Below are positions 17,267 to 24,859 of a stretch of 32,000 nucleotides of DNA, one piece after another. How positions within the stretch are numbered: the first letter of the stretch is position 1; each line of letters starts with the position of its first letter. The notes below the pieces were generated by a model, which searched no databases, was not told where the DNA came from, and was given only the letters and a program-made list of their open reading frames with translations. The position numbers and the translations under genes are program-made. The stretch comes from Bacteroides phage BS162P1: sequence record OP172706.1; one strand, written 5' to 3'.

Positions 17267-18164
17267 AGGGCTTTTATATTTTTCCGCCTCTTCAACGGGT
17301 GACTTCCAGCAACTCTATGATTTCGGTATCAGAGAAATGCTTGTATCATTCTTTTATATAAAGAAAAACCCCTCTTACTATGATAAGATGCTCCCTCTCC
17401 TTAAAAAGGAAGGGGGTATCTTTATGACAGACTCCGGAGCCTTCTCCTTTATGGCTAAGTTCCGTGAAGACTCTCCCGAATACAAGGATTCCGTACATGA
17501 AAAATTCTGGATACCCTATCTTGAAGAATATGTAGCGTGGATACGTGCCCATAAGGACTATATATTTTCCGCTGCCAATCTTGACTTGGATACTATTGTC
17601 GGTAGGGATGTGGTTGATAAGTGGAATAAGGAATATTTTGAACCCCTTGAACGTGAGGGCATCCAGATTGTGTATGTTGCACACTGGGATGAAGATATTG
17701 ATAAGACCGGTTTACGCAGACTTGAGGAGTACTTGCAAAAATACCGATATGTAGGTATCAATCAAAATCATAAACAGTGGGCATCCCGTATCTACCAACT
17801 GGTGAAAAAGTACCGGCGTAGAATACATGGTTTCGCTTGGACGGAGTTTGATTTGCTAAAGCATTACCCGTTTTTTTCTGTGGATTCCGTTACATGGTTG
17901 GGTGGTGTTCGATTCGGTACAACGTATAATTATGACGGAAAGAATTTCAGCACTATTGACTACAAGCATAAATACCGGAGAAAGGCCAATCGTCTTAAAT
18001 ATGAAAGTAGGGGAATTGACTATGAGGGAATAAAAAGTGAGAAACGTGTCCCTATTAATCAAATGAACCTAATCGGTTGGTTAGGGTTTAGAAAAGAATA
18101 CCTGCGTATGGCAAATTTAAAACTTCACACCAGAGTAGTAGGTGATTATGAGAGAAAGTTGTAG
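17196..18164 (+). CDS. dpdA: DpdA-like DNA guanine transglycosylase (TGT superfamily); start uncertain
   Basis: 'GIFMTDSGAFSFM' (TGT-like DSGxF), 'IFSAANLDLD', 'HWDEDIDKTGLRRLEEYL', 'RIHGFAWTEFDLLKHYPFFSVDSVTWLGGVRFG'; overlaps the 3' end of queC. Confidence 0.75.
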   Translation: MRTHRSTSEKFIRREEHYNKFTNKGLLYFSASSTGDFQQLYDFGIREMLVSFFYIKKNPSYYDKMLPLLKKEGGIFMTDSGAFSFMAKFREDSPEYKDSVHEKFWIPYLEEYVAWIRAHKDYIFSAANLDLDTIVGRDVVDKWNKEYFEPLEREGIQIVYVAHWDEDIDKTGLRRLEEYLQKYRYVGINQNHKQWASRIYQLVKKYRRRIHGFAWTEFDLLKHYPFFSVDSVTWLGGVRFGTTYNYDGKNFSTIDYKHKYRRKANRLKYESRGIDYEGIKSEKRVPINQMNLIGWLGFRKEYLRMANLKLHTRVVGDYERKL

Positions 18165-18189
18165 ATTTGCTTTCATTTTAGTATATTTG
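18158..18189 (+). promoter_or_regulatory. Bacteroidales-type promoter: GTTG-N20-TATATTTG
   Basis: TATATTTG 18182-18189 with a near-consensus -33 GTTG 18158-18161; 24 nt before ATG 18214. Confidence 0.45.
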
Positions 18190-18213
18190 AATAATCATTG
18201 AAACGTAAACCGC

Positions 18214-18969
18214 ATGGAAACCAGTATTAAAAAACGGATTGATATTGTAAAAGCAACCAGTGATTATGAGACTTTAAAAACTCACCTATGCTCATTCTTT
18301 GAGAAAGGGGATTGCCCCGATTGTGTAGGTTGTCGAAAAGCAGAATCCGATATAGACGATTGTCGTTCTTATTATCTTGAACGTATAGCTATTCATCCTA
18401 TGGATATTTGGCGTGAAGAGTTCGATACGATAAAAGTTCTTTCTCGTGATAAAGTCGCTGTTGAGGATATTGTCGGTATCGGAGTAAGTTGTGACAGATG
18501 CTATATGTATGATAAATGCCCGTTATACAAGAAAGGGTATGTGTGCGCAATTGATTGGGGTTCTTCAAGACCTACCAGCCCTAAAGCATTTTATGACTTT
18601 CTTGTTGACTTGCAATATGAACGAGTACAACGGGCAGCAATATTTGAGAAAGTAGACGGTGGTGTTGCGGACGGTAACTTATCCAATGAGATTGACCGTT
18701 TGACTGACCTTATAGAATCACAAGCCAATCTTAATCGGGAACGATTGAACATCAATATCGAGGCTTCGGGTTCTGCTACTGCCCCCGCTACCGGCGGTGG
18801 TCTTCTTTCCCGAATATTCGGAAGCGGTTCTCCTACACCTGCGGTAGAAGAAAAGAAAACAATCGAAATACCGGCAACTCCGTCTTCACGGGAAGATATT
18901 GCCGAAGTAGCCGAAATAATTGAGGAACCCGAAAAAGTAAAGGTTCCCCGTAAACGTAAGAGCGTATGA
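18214..18969 (+). CDS. Cys-rich protein of unknown function with disordered Pro/Glu-rich C-terminus
   Basis: 'CPDCVGCRKAESDIDDC' and 'SCDRCYMYDKCPLYKKGYVCAIDWG' cysteine clusters. Confidence 0.7.
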   Translation: METSIKKRIDIVKATSDYETLKTHLCSFFEKGDCPDCVGCRKAESDIDDCRSYYLERIAIHPMDIWREEFDTIKVLSRDKVAVEDIVGIGVSCDRCYMYDKCPLYKKGYVCAIDWGSSRPTSPKAFYDFLVDLQYERVQRAAIFEKVDGGVADGNLSNEIDRLTDLIESQANLNRERLNINIEASGSATAPATGGGLLSRIFGSGSPTPAVEEKKTIEIPATPSSREDIAEVAEIIEEPEKVKVPRKRKSV

Positions 18970-19286
18970 CAACAGTAAAGAAACATCTTCGGAAAAGGAA
19001 AAACAAGAAATCGGTAGTCCGTAGTTATGTCCGTAAAGACAGAACTCACCGTATCGTGAACGGTGAAAGACAAGTATATGTAGACCATTTCTGGAAACAT
19101 GACGACTATCCCAATGCTCCTAAGCCGGGCTGGTCGTATGAACATTTGATGAAAGAACGCAATAAATTACAGCGTGACTTATCCGAAGGTCTTTCCGGCG
19201 CACAAACGCTTCCCCCTCGTAAATACGGGTTATTAACTCGACGTATCAGAAAGATAAATCGTATCTTAAAATCGAAAGGACGTTAG
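18966..19286 (+). CDS. small basic hypothetical protein
   Basis: 106 aa, Lys/Arg-rich, ATGA overlap with the upstream gene. Confidence 0.6.
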   Translation: MTTVKKHLRKRKNKKSVVRSYVRKDRTHRIVNGERQVYVDHFWKHDDYPNAPKPGWSYEHLMKERNKLQRDLSEGLSGAQTLPPRKYGLLTRRIRKINRILKSKGR

Positions 19287-19287
19287 T

Positions 19288-19407
19288 ATGAGAAAAAAAC
19301 CTCGTTCTTTCCATTTATCGAAATACAGAAAGAAACCAACTAAATGTACTCATTATGGAACACAGAAAGATGCAAGACAGTCCGACAGGACTTCCTGCCC
19401 ACCTTGA
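19288..19407 (+). CDS. possible 39-aa basic protein
   Basis: MRKKPRSFHLSKYRKKPTKCTHYGTQKDARQSDRTSCPP*; starts right after the preceding stop, overlaps 19355-19831, not in the track. Confidence 0.3.
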   Translation: MRKKPRSFHLSKYRKKPTKCTHYGTQKDARQSDRTSCPP

Positions 19408-19831
19408 AAAATCTTTGGTGGGTTCGACTATCGAATATTCGTTCGGTAAGAAAGTAAGTTCGGCGCTCTCTATTTCCGGAAATATTGATGCTGCTAAAGA
19501 GAGGATTAGAGAAAACGTAAAATTGGCCCATTCAGTTCAGGGTATTTATTGCGTGACGCTTCTCGGAGAAATGACCGCCTATTACCGGAATGAGATTTAT
19601 TACATGGCGGTTAGAAGCTGTATAGAAATGAGACGGTTTAGAATACCCGTTCTTGAATACCTAAACCTTTCCGTTTCCGAACGTGCCGAAAGACTTTGTG
19701 ACTTATTATCTAAGTCCAAACATCGTGAACTGGTGATAGAAGCTCTCAGATACTTTCTGCTTATCTATCCTAACAGAACATCTTCATTTAAAAAGTATCT
19801 CTCACGAGAAGAATACATAACCGTAGCATAA
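19355..19831 (+). CDS. hypothetical protein lying between dpdA-like and queE
   Basis: 158 aa ORF abutting queE; no family recognised. Confidence 0.6.
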   Translation: MEHRKMQDSPTGLPAHLEKSLVGSTIEYSFGKKVSSALSISGNIDAAKERIRENVKLAHSVQGIYCVTLLGEMTAYYRNEIYYMAVRSCIEMRRFRIPVLEYLNLSVSERAERLCDLLSKSKHRELVIEALRYFLLIYPNRTSSFKKYLSREEYITVA

Positions 19832-19832
19832 T

Positions 19833-20552
19833 ATGGAAAAAAGAAAATTAATGGTGAATACCATCTACCCAGCATTTATGGGGGAAGTAAATTTATTAGG
19901 TATAGGTGCTCCATGCACCTTTGTTCGTTTATCCGGGTGTAATCTCCGTTGTTACAAAAACACTATGGGAACCTTGTGTGATACGCCCGAAGCTCTTGAA
20001 TTAAAGTGCGGGAAACCTATGAGTGTTGACGAGATTATCATGCAGCTCGACAAGTATGCAGAACGCCCTATTATTTGTCTTACCGGCGGTGAACCGCTTA
20101 TGCAAGATGTGGCCGAATTACTGGAAGAGTTATCCAGTAAAGGTTATGTCGTCATTGTAGAAACAAACGGAAGTATCAGTATCGCTCCATATAAGCATAT
20201 AAAGAATGTGTATTTCGTGGTTGACTGTAAGAGCGAAAGCTCCGGAGAGCATCTTCGTATGTTTGAAGCCAACTATAAAGTCATGGGCAAAGGTGATTAC
20301 CTTAAATTTGTTATCAATGACGAGCTTGACTACTATGGTATGCGCAAGTGGATAATAGAACATCCGGATTTTAGAGGTAATGTTGCGGTAGGGCTTTTTT
20401 GGGGGAGTGAACTCTCCTATAAGGAACTTATGAACTCCTTACGTGAAGACCGTCTTAATGTGTACGTAAATATGCAGACGCATAAAATGGCTTGTTTGTA
20501 TGACGAGCACAGTGGTGAGCTAAGTAAGCTAATTATTCCCAAAGATTTGTAA
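19833..20552 (+). CDS. queE: QueE-like 7-carboxy-7-deazaguanine synthase (radical SAM)
   Basis: 'GIGAPCTFVRLSGCNLRCYKNTMGTLCDTPEAL', 'PIICLTGGEPLMQ', 'YVVIVETNGS'. Confidence 0.87.
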   Translation: MEKRKLMVNTIYPAFMGEVNLLGIGAPCTFVRLSGCNLRCYKNTMGTLCDTPEALELKCGKPMSVDEIIMQLDKYAERPIICLTGGEPLMQDVAELLEELSSKGYVVIVETNGSISIAPYKHIKNVYFVVDCKSESSGEHLRMFEANYKVMGKGDYLKFVINDELDYYGMRKWIIEHPDFRGNVAVGLFWGSELSYKELMNSLREDRLNVYVNMQTHKMACLYDEHSGELSKLIIPKDL

Positions 20553-20576
20553 TTCTGAAATTTATTTGTACCTTTG
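20546..20576 (+). promoter_or_regulatory. Bacteroidales-type consensus promoter: TTTG-N19-TACCTTTG
   Basis: TTTG 20546-20549, TACCTTTG 20569-20576, about 57 nt before ATG 20634. Confidence 0.65.
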
Positions 20577-20633
20577 AGACGTTTCTAAGAATGGTTGAAC
20601 AACCCGATATGTAGAACTTTTAAATTAAACGAA

Positions 20634-20867
20634 ATGACTAAAATTACTGAACTGGTTATCTTGAATCCCTCGGACAAGACACGTATGTATGCAGTGTCAA
20701 CCGGAAAAGGTGCTCCCGCCGATGCAGACGATGTTATTGTTACCAATGTGCGTGATTTCCCAGTCGGCTCCCAGTACACCGACTTGACAGGTAAGAAATT
20801 CTTCGTGCGAGTAGCAGTTGAAAAAGACGTTGCCGATTGGAAAGAAATCGGTGGTGCTGCCGGCTGA
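20634..20867 (+). CDS. small hypothetical protein
   Basis: MTKITELVILNPSDKTRMYAVSTGKGAPADADDVIVTNVRDF...; bounded by a promoter-like element and a terminator. Confidence 0.7.
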   Translation: MTKITELVILNPSDKTRMYAVSTGKGAPADADDVIVTNVRDFPVGSQYTDLTGKKFFVRVAVEKDVADWKEIGGAAG

Positions 20868-20879
20868 TAACTGAGAATT

Positions 20880-20912
20880 AAAAGGCAGTCCCTAAAAACG
20901 ACTGCCTTTTTT
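20880..20912 (+). terminator. intrinsic terminator
   Basis: AAAAGGCAGTC-CCTAAAAAC-GACTGCCTTTTTT. Confidence 0.9.
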
Positions 20913-20927
20913 CAAGCCCTTTCCATT

Positions 20928-21299
20928 ATGAAGATACTTTGCCAGATTATCCGTTTATATGTTCCTTTTATGTGTACCGTTCTTGGTTTGGTACACGGAA
21001 TATTGTTTTTCACTCACCAACTAACAGATGAACGCATTTATTTGTTGTCGGCTCTTTTCTCTATGCTGGTTTCCCTGTATATTGTAGCCACTTCAAGAAA
21101 AATGTGCAGATGGTATAAGCTCAATACCCTGTTTTTGTCAATTATTCAACTACTGGGTATTGTGTATTTTATTTCCGACCTTACAGAGGTAAGTTACTTC
21201 TATTTAACCACCTTATTTTCCGCTACCGGAGTATTTTGTTTTCTTGTCTACCGGATTACAAAGACGGTTTTGTATATTCGCAGACGTTTAGTAGGATAA
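20928..21299 (+). CDS. integral membrane protein, about 4 TM segments
   Basis: Hydrophobic segments throughout, e.g. 'YVPFMCTVLGLVHGILFFT' and 'IYLLSALFSMLVSLYIVA'. Confidence 0.65.
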   Translation: MKILCQIIRLYVPFMCTVLGLVHGILFFTHQLTDERIYLLSALFSMLVSLYIVATSRKMCRWYKLNTLFLSIIQLLGIVYFISDLTEVSYFYLTTLFSATGVFCFLVYRITKTVLYIRRRLVG

Positions 21300-21564
21300 G
21301 AATCGCTCCTATACCCACCTCTCTTATTGCAACCATAGAAAAGTGTTTCTTGTTCAAGTGTGCAATGTAGAGCAACACGACCTCTTTGTCGTTTCTCAGA
21401 CTATTCCTTTCTCTTACATTTCTTAGGTGATTGTTCACTGTGTGCGGAGAAATACATAGCTTCTCTGCAATCTCCTTTTCTGTATAGCCTTGTGCTAATA
21501 ACTCCACAACTCTTAATTCAGATGTAGAAAATGGCGTTTTTACGCTATTGGTTTGATTTTTCAT
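21256..21564 (-). CDS. LuxR-type HTH transcriptional regulator (DNA-binding domain)
   Basis: 'FSTSELRVVELLAQGYTEKEIAEKLCISPHTVNNHLRNV' GerE/LuxR HTH; the only convincing minus-strand gene. Confidence 0.82.
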   Translation of the reverse strand: MKNQTNSVKTPFSTSELRVVELLAQGYTEKEIAEKLCISPHTVNNHLRNVRERNSLRNDKEVVLLYIAHLNKKHFSMVAIREVGIGAILILLNVCEYTKPSL

Positions 21565-21641
21565 AGCCTTTATCTTTGCATTATCGCAAAAGTAACAAAT
21601 TCGTAGAAATATTGTTCGGAAATAATTTGAAAAGTAAAACT

Positions 21642-21947
21642 ATGGGAATAAAGGAAATGTACTATGATATTCTACGCATTGTGGAAGAAGTAACAGGAGT
21701 TACCGCAAAGGAGATGCTTACTTCCAATGCGGAAGAAAATGTGGATGCCCGACACATACTTGTGTATGTACTGGGTAATCGTGGTTTCTCTGATAACAAA
21801 ATTGCGGAATTGACCGGACTTACACGCCCGTCTATTAATGTGATACGGAATAATTTCAAATACAGGAAGAAACGGTATTTCGTGAACCTTAATTATCAGG
21901 AAGTTTACCACCGTGTATTTTCAAGTAAAGAAATAGTAGAGAATTAG
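21642..21947 (+). CDS. DnaA domain IV-like (Bac_DnaA_C-like) DNA-binding protein
   Basis: 'ILRIVEEVTGVTAKEMLTSNAEENVDARHILVYVLGNRGFSDNKIAELTGLTRPSINVIRNNFK'; start set at ATG 21642. Confidence 0.55.
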   Translation: MGIKEMYYDILRIVEEVTGVTAKEMLTSNAEENVDARHILVYVLGNRGFSDNKIAELTGLTRPSINVIRNNFKYRKKRYFVNLNYQEVYHRVFSSKEIVEN

Positions 21948-22055
21948 TGTCGGGATAGTAGCGTATTTCTTCTCCGTCTACCGATTATTGGAGAACTTTG
22001 AAGCAATTCCCGTAGAGGGGAAGAAACCAAATTTATTACTATAATTTCTATTGTT

Positions 22056-22556
22056 ATGACAGCAGAAGAATTAATGACCGTTGTTAACATGAACAAGGGT
22101 ACGGACATGAGTTCCTACGAACATTTTGCAGTTGCCGAGAAGTCTGCACGCAGACCTTCGGGAGTTGGTATCGCTGGTTTGGCAATCGGTTCTACCGCTT
22201 TGCTCGCAGCTATCGGTGCTTGGATTTTCGGTGGCGTTTATGCCAACGCACAGAGTAAAGGCAACCAACGTGCAATTGATATTCTTGCTACGACTGCTTT
22301 GGCAGAACGTAACGAACGTATCACTACACAGAACGGTCAGATGCCGAGCAATCTGGATATTATCCGCATCATTACGAACGCTCAAAGCGGTGCCGGCGCT
22401 GGTGCTAATGCAAGTGCTCTTGCACAGGCAGAAGCTCTCGCTCTGTTGCTGAACGGTGGCGGTTCTCGTAACGGTCAGGTAAATCCTCAGCCCGTAGCAT
22501 TGTATCAACCGGCTATGCCGTGTTGCTGCAATACCGGATGTGGTTGCAACGGCTAA
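22056..22556 (+). CDS. single-TM, Ala/Gly-rich protein with Cys-rich tail
   Basis: 'GVGIAGLAIGSTALLAAIGAWIFGGVYA' TM; C-terminal 'PCCCNTGCGCNG'. Confidence 0.7.
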   Translation: MTAEELMTVVNMNKGTDMSSYEHFAVAEKSARRPSGVGIAGLAIGSTALLAAIGAWIFGGVYANAQSKGNQRAIDILATTALAERNERITTQNGQMPSNLDIIRIITNAQSGAGAGANASALAQAEALALLLNGGGSRNGQVNPQPVALYQPAMPCCCNTGCGCNG

Positions 22557-22567
22557 GAGCCATTATC

Positions 22568-22593
22568 GAGGGGGTCTGTAAAGGGACTCCCTC
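22568..22593 (+). terminator. possible hairpin/terminator
   Basis: GAGGGGGTC ... GACTCCCTC with one GU pair; weak T-tract. Confidence 0.4.
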
Positions 22594-22616
22594 TCTTTCA
22601 CTAAAATTGGAAAACT

Positions 22617-22970
22617 ATGTTTTGGAACAAAAATCAAATTAATGTGGAAGCGATGAAGAACATTAGGACTACAAGTAAGCTATCTCTCAAATTCTCTTGT
22701 TACGCTATATGTAAAGGAGACGTTGAAAAGGCGGAACAACTCTATGACTATTTCGCCAAAGATATGCAGTTACCGGATGTAGACCCTATTAGTCCTACCA
22801 CGTTTCAACAAGTAAAAGATACTGCGGGAACGTTGTTCGGTTGGTTTAAGGAAAATCGGGATGATGTAGTACAAGCATTTAACTTCGTACAGTCACTACG
22901 AAAGGGACAACCGATTATCACAACTCCCTCAGCCCCTATTGAATCTATTCCACCACTACCAAATGAATAA
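22617..22970 (+). CDS. hypothetical protein
   Basis: 117 aa ORF. Confidence 0.6.
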   Translation: MFWNKNQINVEAMKNIRTTSKLSLKFSCYAICKGDVEKAEQLYDYFAKDMQLPDVDPISPTTFQQVKDTAGTLFGWFKENRDDVVQAFNFVQSLRKGQPIITTPSAPIESIPPLPNE

Positions 22971-22975
22971 AAGCC

Positions 22976-23182
22976 ATGCAAGTATTTGAGATGCCAATAT
23001 ACATTTACGCTGACAATCAGCAGGAAGTAGACGAATGTCGTAAAGCGGTAATATCTTTCATAGATGAAAATCGTGCGGAAGGTCGTGCGGTTACTGCTAA
23101 GAAACTTTCAACGGCCTTATCCCACTGGAAAGATAACATGTTGGTAAAGGCGGGTATTATAAACTTTTTAAATAAACAATGA
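22976..23182 (+). CDS. hypothetical protein
   Basis: 68 aa ORF in a packed cluster. Confidence 0.55.
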   Translation: MQVFEMPIYIYADNQQEVDECRKAVISFIDENRAEGRAVTAKKLSTALSHWKDNMLVKAGIINFLNKQ

Positions 23183-23418
23183 TTATGGCTAAAACTGGAT
23201 GTGATAAAAATTGCAGCACTTGTGACATTGGAAACAGAGCTTTCTGCGCTGTGCAATTGGGTCTGAAAAATCAAGAGCTTCTTCTTAACGTGCAGAATAC
23301 GGTACAAGCCCTTATAGGTGTACTCGCTCCGTTACTCCCTGCACAAGATGCTGCCCCTATATCACCAATTCCGGGTGGTGAAGAAGTGAAAGTCCCGGAG
23401 CAAAAAACAAAATCTTAA
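23179..23418 (+). CDS. small Cys-rich hypothetical protein
   Basis: 'GCDKNCSTCDIGNRAFCAVQLG'. Confidence 0.6.
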   Translation: MIMAKTGCDKNCSTCDIGNRAFCAVQLGLKNQELLLNVQNTVQALIGVLAPLLPAQDAAPISPIPGGEEVKVPEQKTKS

Positions 23419-23430
23419 TAGAATACAGTT

Positions 23431-23871
23431 ATGATTAATGTAACGCCTATTGCTATTGCGGCTACCTCACAGCAGTATGCAGTGAGTATAACCGAGAACT
23501 TGTGCCAATGCTACTGCTTGAACGCAGACATTCAGCCACAAGCAGATGTGAAGTTCTCCATTGCTTCACAGCAAGTTGTTAATGGAATGACCTACATCAC
23601 CGTTCTCGCTAAGGGTAGTATTACCTATATGCCGAGAAATGCGGGTAGATGCTGCTGCAAACCTCTTACAAAGATGTTTGCTGAAACATTCGATATTATC
23701 TTCGACACAGCCGAAACCGCAGCTCCGACACTTACTGTTGGAACTACCGTTGAAAGTCCGGCAAATGTGAAGTGTAATGGGAATGTGTTCGCTTACAACT
23801 TATTGACACCCGTAACCATAGCTTTTGCGGCTACTCCCTCTGAGGCTGCGGTTGCGAAGACTAATAAGTAA
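23431..23871 (+). CDS. beta-rich protein with Cys clusters
   Basis: 'LCQCYCLNADIQ' and 'NAGRCCCKPLTKMF'. Confidence 0.6.
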   Translation: MINVTPIAIAATSQQYAVSITENLCQCYCLNADIQPQADVKFSIASQQVVNGMTYITVLAKGSITYMPRNAGRCCCKPLTKMFAETFDIIFDTAETAAPTLTVGTTVESPANVKCNGNVFAYNLLTPVTIAFAATPSEAAVAKTNK

Positions 23872-24188
23872 TGTGGGACTTACTACTCATAATGCTAATA
23901 GCCGTCCTCTTTAATCATTTGGGGCTTGCGGATACGGTTACGTTTCATACGAAACGGAACGTGGTCTTGAACTGTTCCAAATGCTTGACTTTTTGGACGT
24001 CACTCGGATACTCCCTACTGGTATTGCAGTGGGGATGTATTCCGGGTATTGCTGTTTCATTTACTCTATCCTATCTGGCATTATGGGTTGAACTCCTGCT
24101 AAATCTCCTCAATTTAATTTATACAAAAACGTATGGCAAAATATATCCGTCCGAAACCGGCGAAAGGGATAGTTCCCAGACCGATTAA
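23871..24188 (+). CDS. membrane protein, DUF1360-like
   Basis: 'NCSKCLTFWTSLGYSLLVL' between hydrophobic segments. Confidence 0.5.
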   Translation: MWDLLLIMLIAVLFNHLGLADTVTFHTKRNVVLNCSKCLTFWTSLGYSLLVLQWGCIPGIAVSFTLSYLALWVELLLNLLNLIYTKTYGKIYPSETGERDSSQTD

Positions 24189-24207
24189 ATGCCCAAACTG
24201 TAAATAA
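24133..24207 (+). CDS. possible 24-aa ORF with CxxC end
   Basis: MAKYIRPKPAKGIVPRPIKCPNCK*; overlaps the end of the membrane protein ORF and ends 8 nt before ATG 24216. Confidence 0.3.
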   Translation: MAKYIRPKPAKGIVPRPIKCPNCK

Positions 24208-24215
24208 TTGATGTT

Positions 24216-24737
24216 ATGGAAAAGAAAGAATTACTTGAAAAATTTTGTGCCCTCTATAATGAGGCTATCAATTCTGGCGATAAGGAAGACATTGAAGTAT
24301 CATTGGGTATGTTTAAAAAAGCGTTCGGTATCTTGGTTGATACGAATGTTAGAGAAGCAAAAGAGCTTGTTGAGTGCTATGAAGGAACTTTGAAGTACTA
24401 CAACTTCCTCACAGAGTCAGAAGCCATGAAAGTGGTGGAGAATTTCTCCAATCAAGACGGTAGTGTCGGCCCGAAATGGAAAGACGTTACTGACTTCTTC
24501 AAACGCATTGACGATATGAACGGGAAAGTTGAGTGTGAGCCGTACTATAATAAGTGGGCTTTGTACGTTGCCATGAATAAGGCATACTCCGACCAGAACA
24601 CTGTTCTGCTTAAATGGGTAGGAGACGACCGTACTAAATACTTCGAGGCTTGCTATGACCTTGCACTCTCCCAGTTAAAGGACAAAGACCGTCCTTACTG
24701 GATACGCAGTTACTACGGATTGAGTTCCAAAATCTGA
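24216..24737 (+). CDS. hypothetical protein
   Basis: 173 aa ORF followed by a terminator. Confidence 0.65.
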   Translation: MEKKELLEKFCALYNEAINSGDKEDIEVSLGMFKKAFGILVDTNVREAKELVECYEGTLKYYNFLTESEAMKVVENFSNQDGSVGPKWKDVTDFFKRIDDMNGKVECEPYYNKWALYVAMNKAYSDQNTVLLKWVGDDRTKYFEACYDLALSQLKDKDRPYWIRSYYGLSSKI

Positions 24738-24756
24738 TAGTTACTTGGTGAAAGAG

Positions 24757-24787
24757 GAAAGGGAGACGCTAATAACGTTTCCCTTTT
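24757..24787 (+). terminator. intrinsic terminator
   Basis: AAAGGGAGACG-CTAATAA-CGTTTCCCTTTT. Confidence 0.8.
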
Positions 24788-24800
24788 GTATTTTCAGCCA

Positions 24801-24832
24801 TTTGGATGTTTCCTTGCTTTTTCGTATATTAG
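24801..24832 (+). promoter_or_regulatory. promoter-like element TTTG-N20-TATATTAG
   Basis: Directly after a terminator and before ORF 24860; shares the 'catTTGGa..N..gTATATT' context with the element at 4345. Confidence 0.45.
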
Positions 24833-24859
24833 TGTATAAAAAATGAAATGAAATGAACT

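Noticed and set aside
18591-19145. 184-aa minus-strand ORF
   Set aside because: Antisense across two + strand genes, no recognisable domain, and no promoter or start context in keeping with neighbours.
22126-22452. 108-aa + strand ORF and 145-aa minus ORF overlapping 22056-22556
   Set aside because: Both sit inside a frame that encodes a coherent TM/Ala-rich protein with a Cys tail; probable out-of-frame artefacts.
24208-24393. 61-aa + strand ORF
   Set aside because: Entirely overlaps the 173-aa ORF 24216-24737, which continues uninterrupted; judged spurious.
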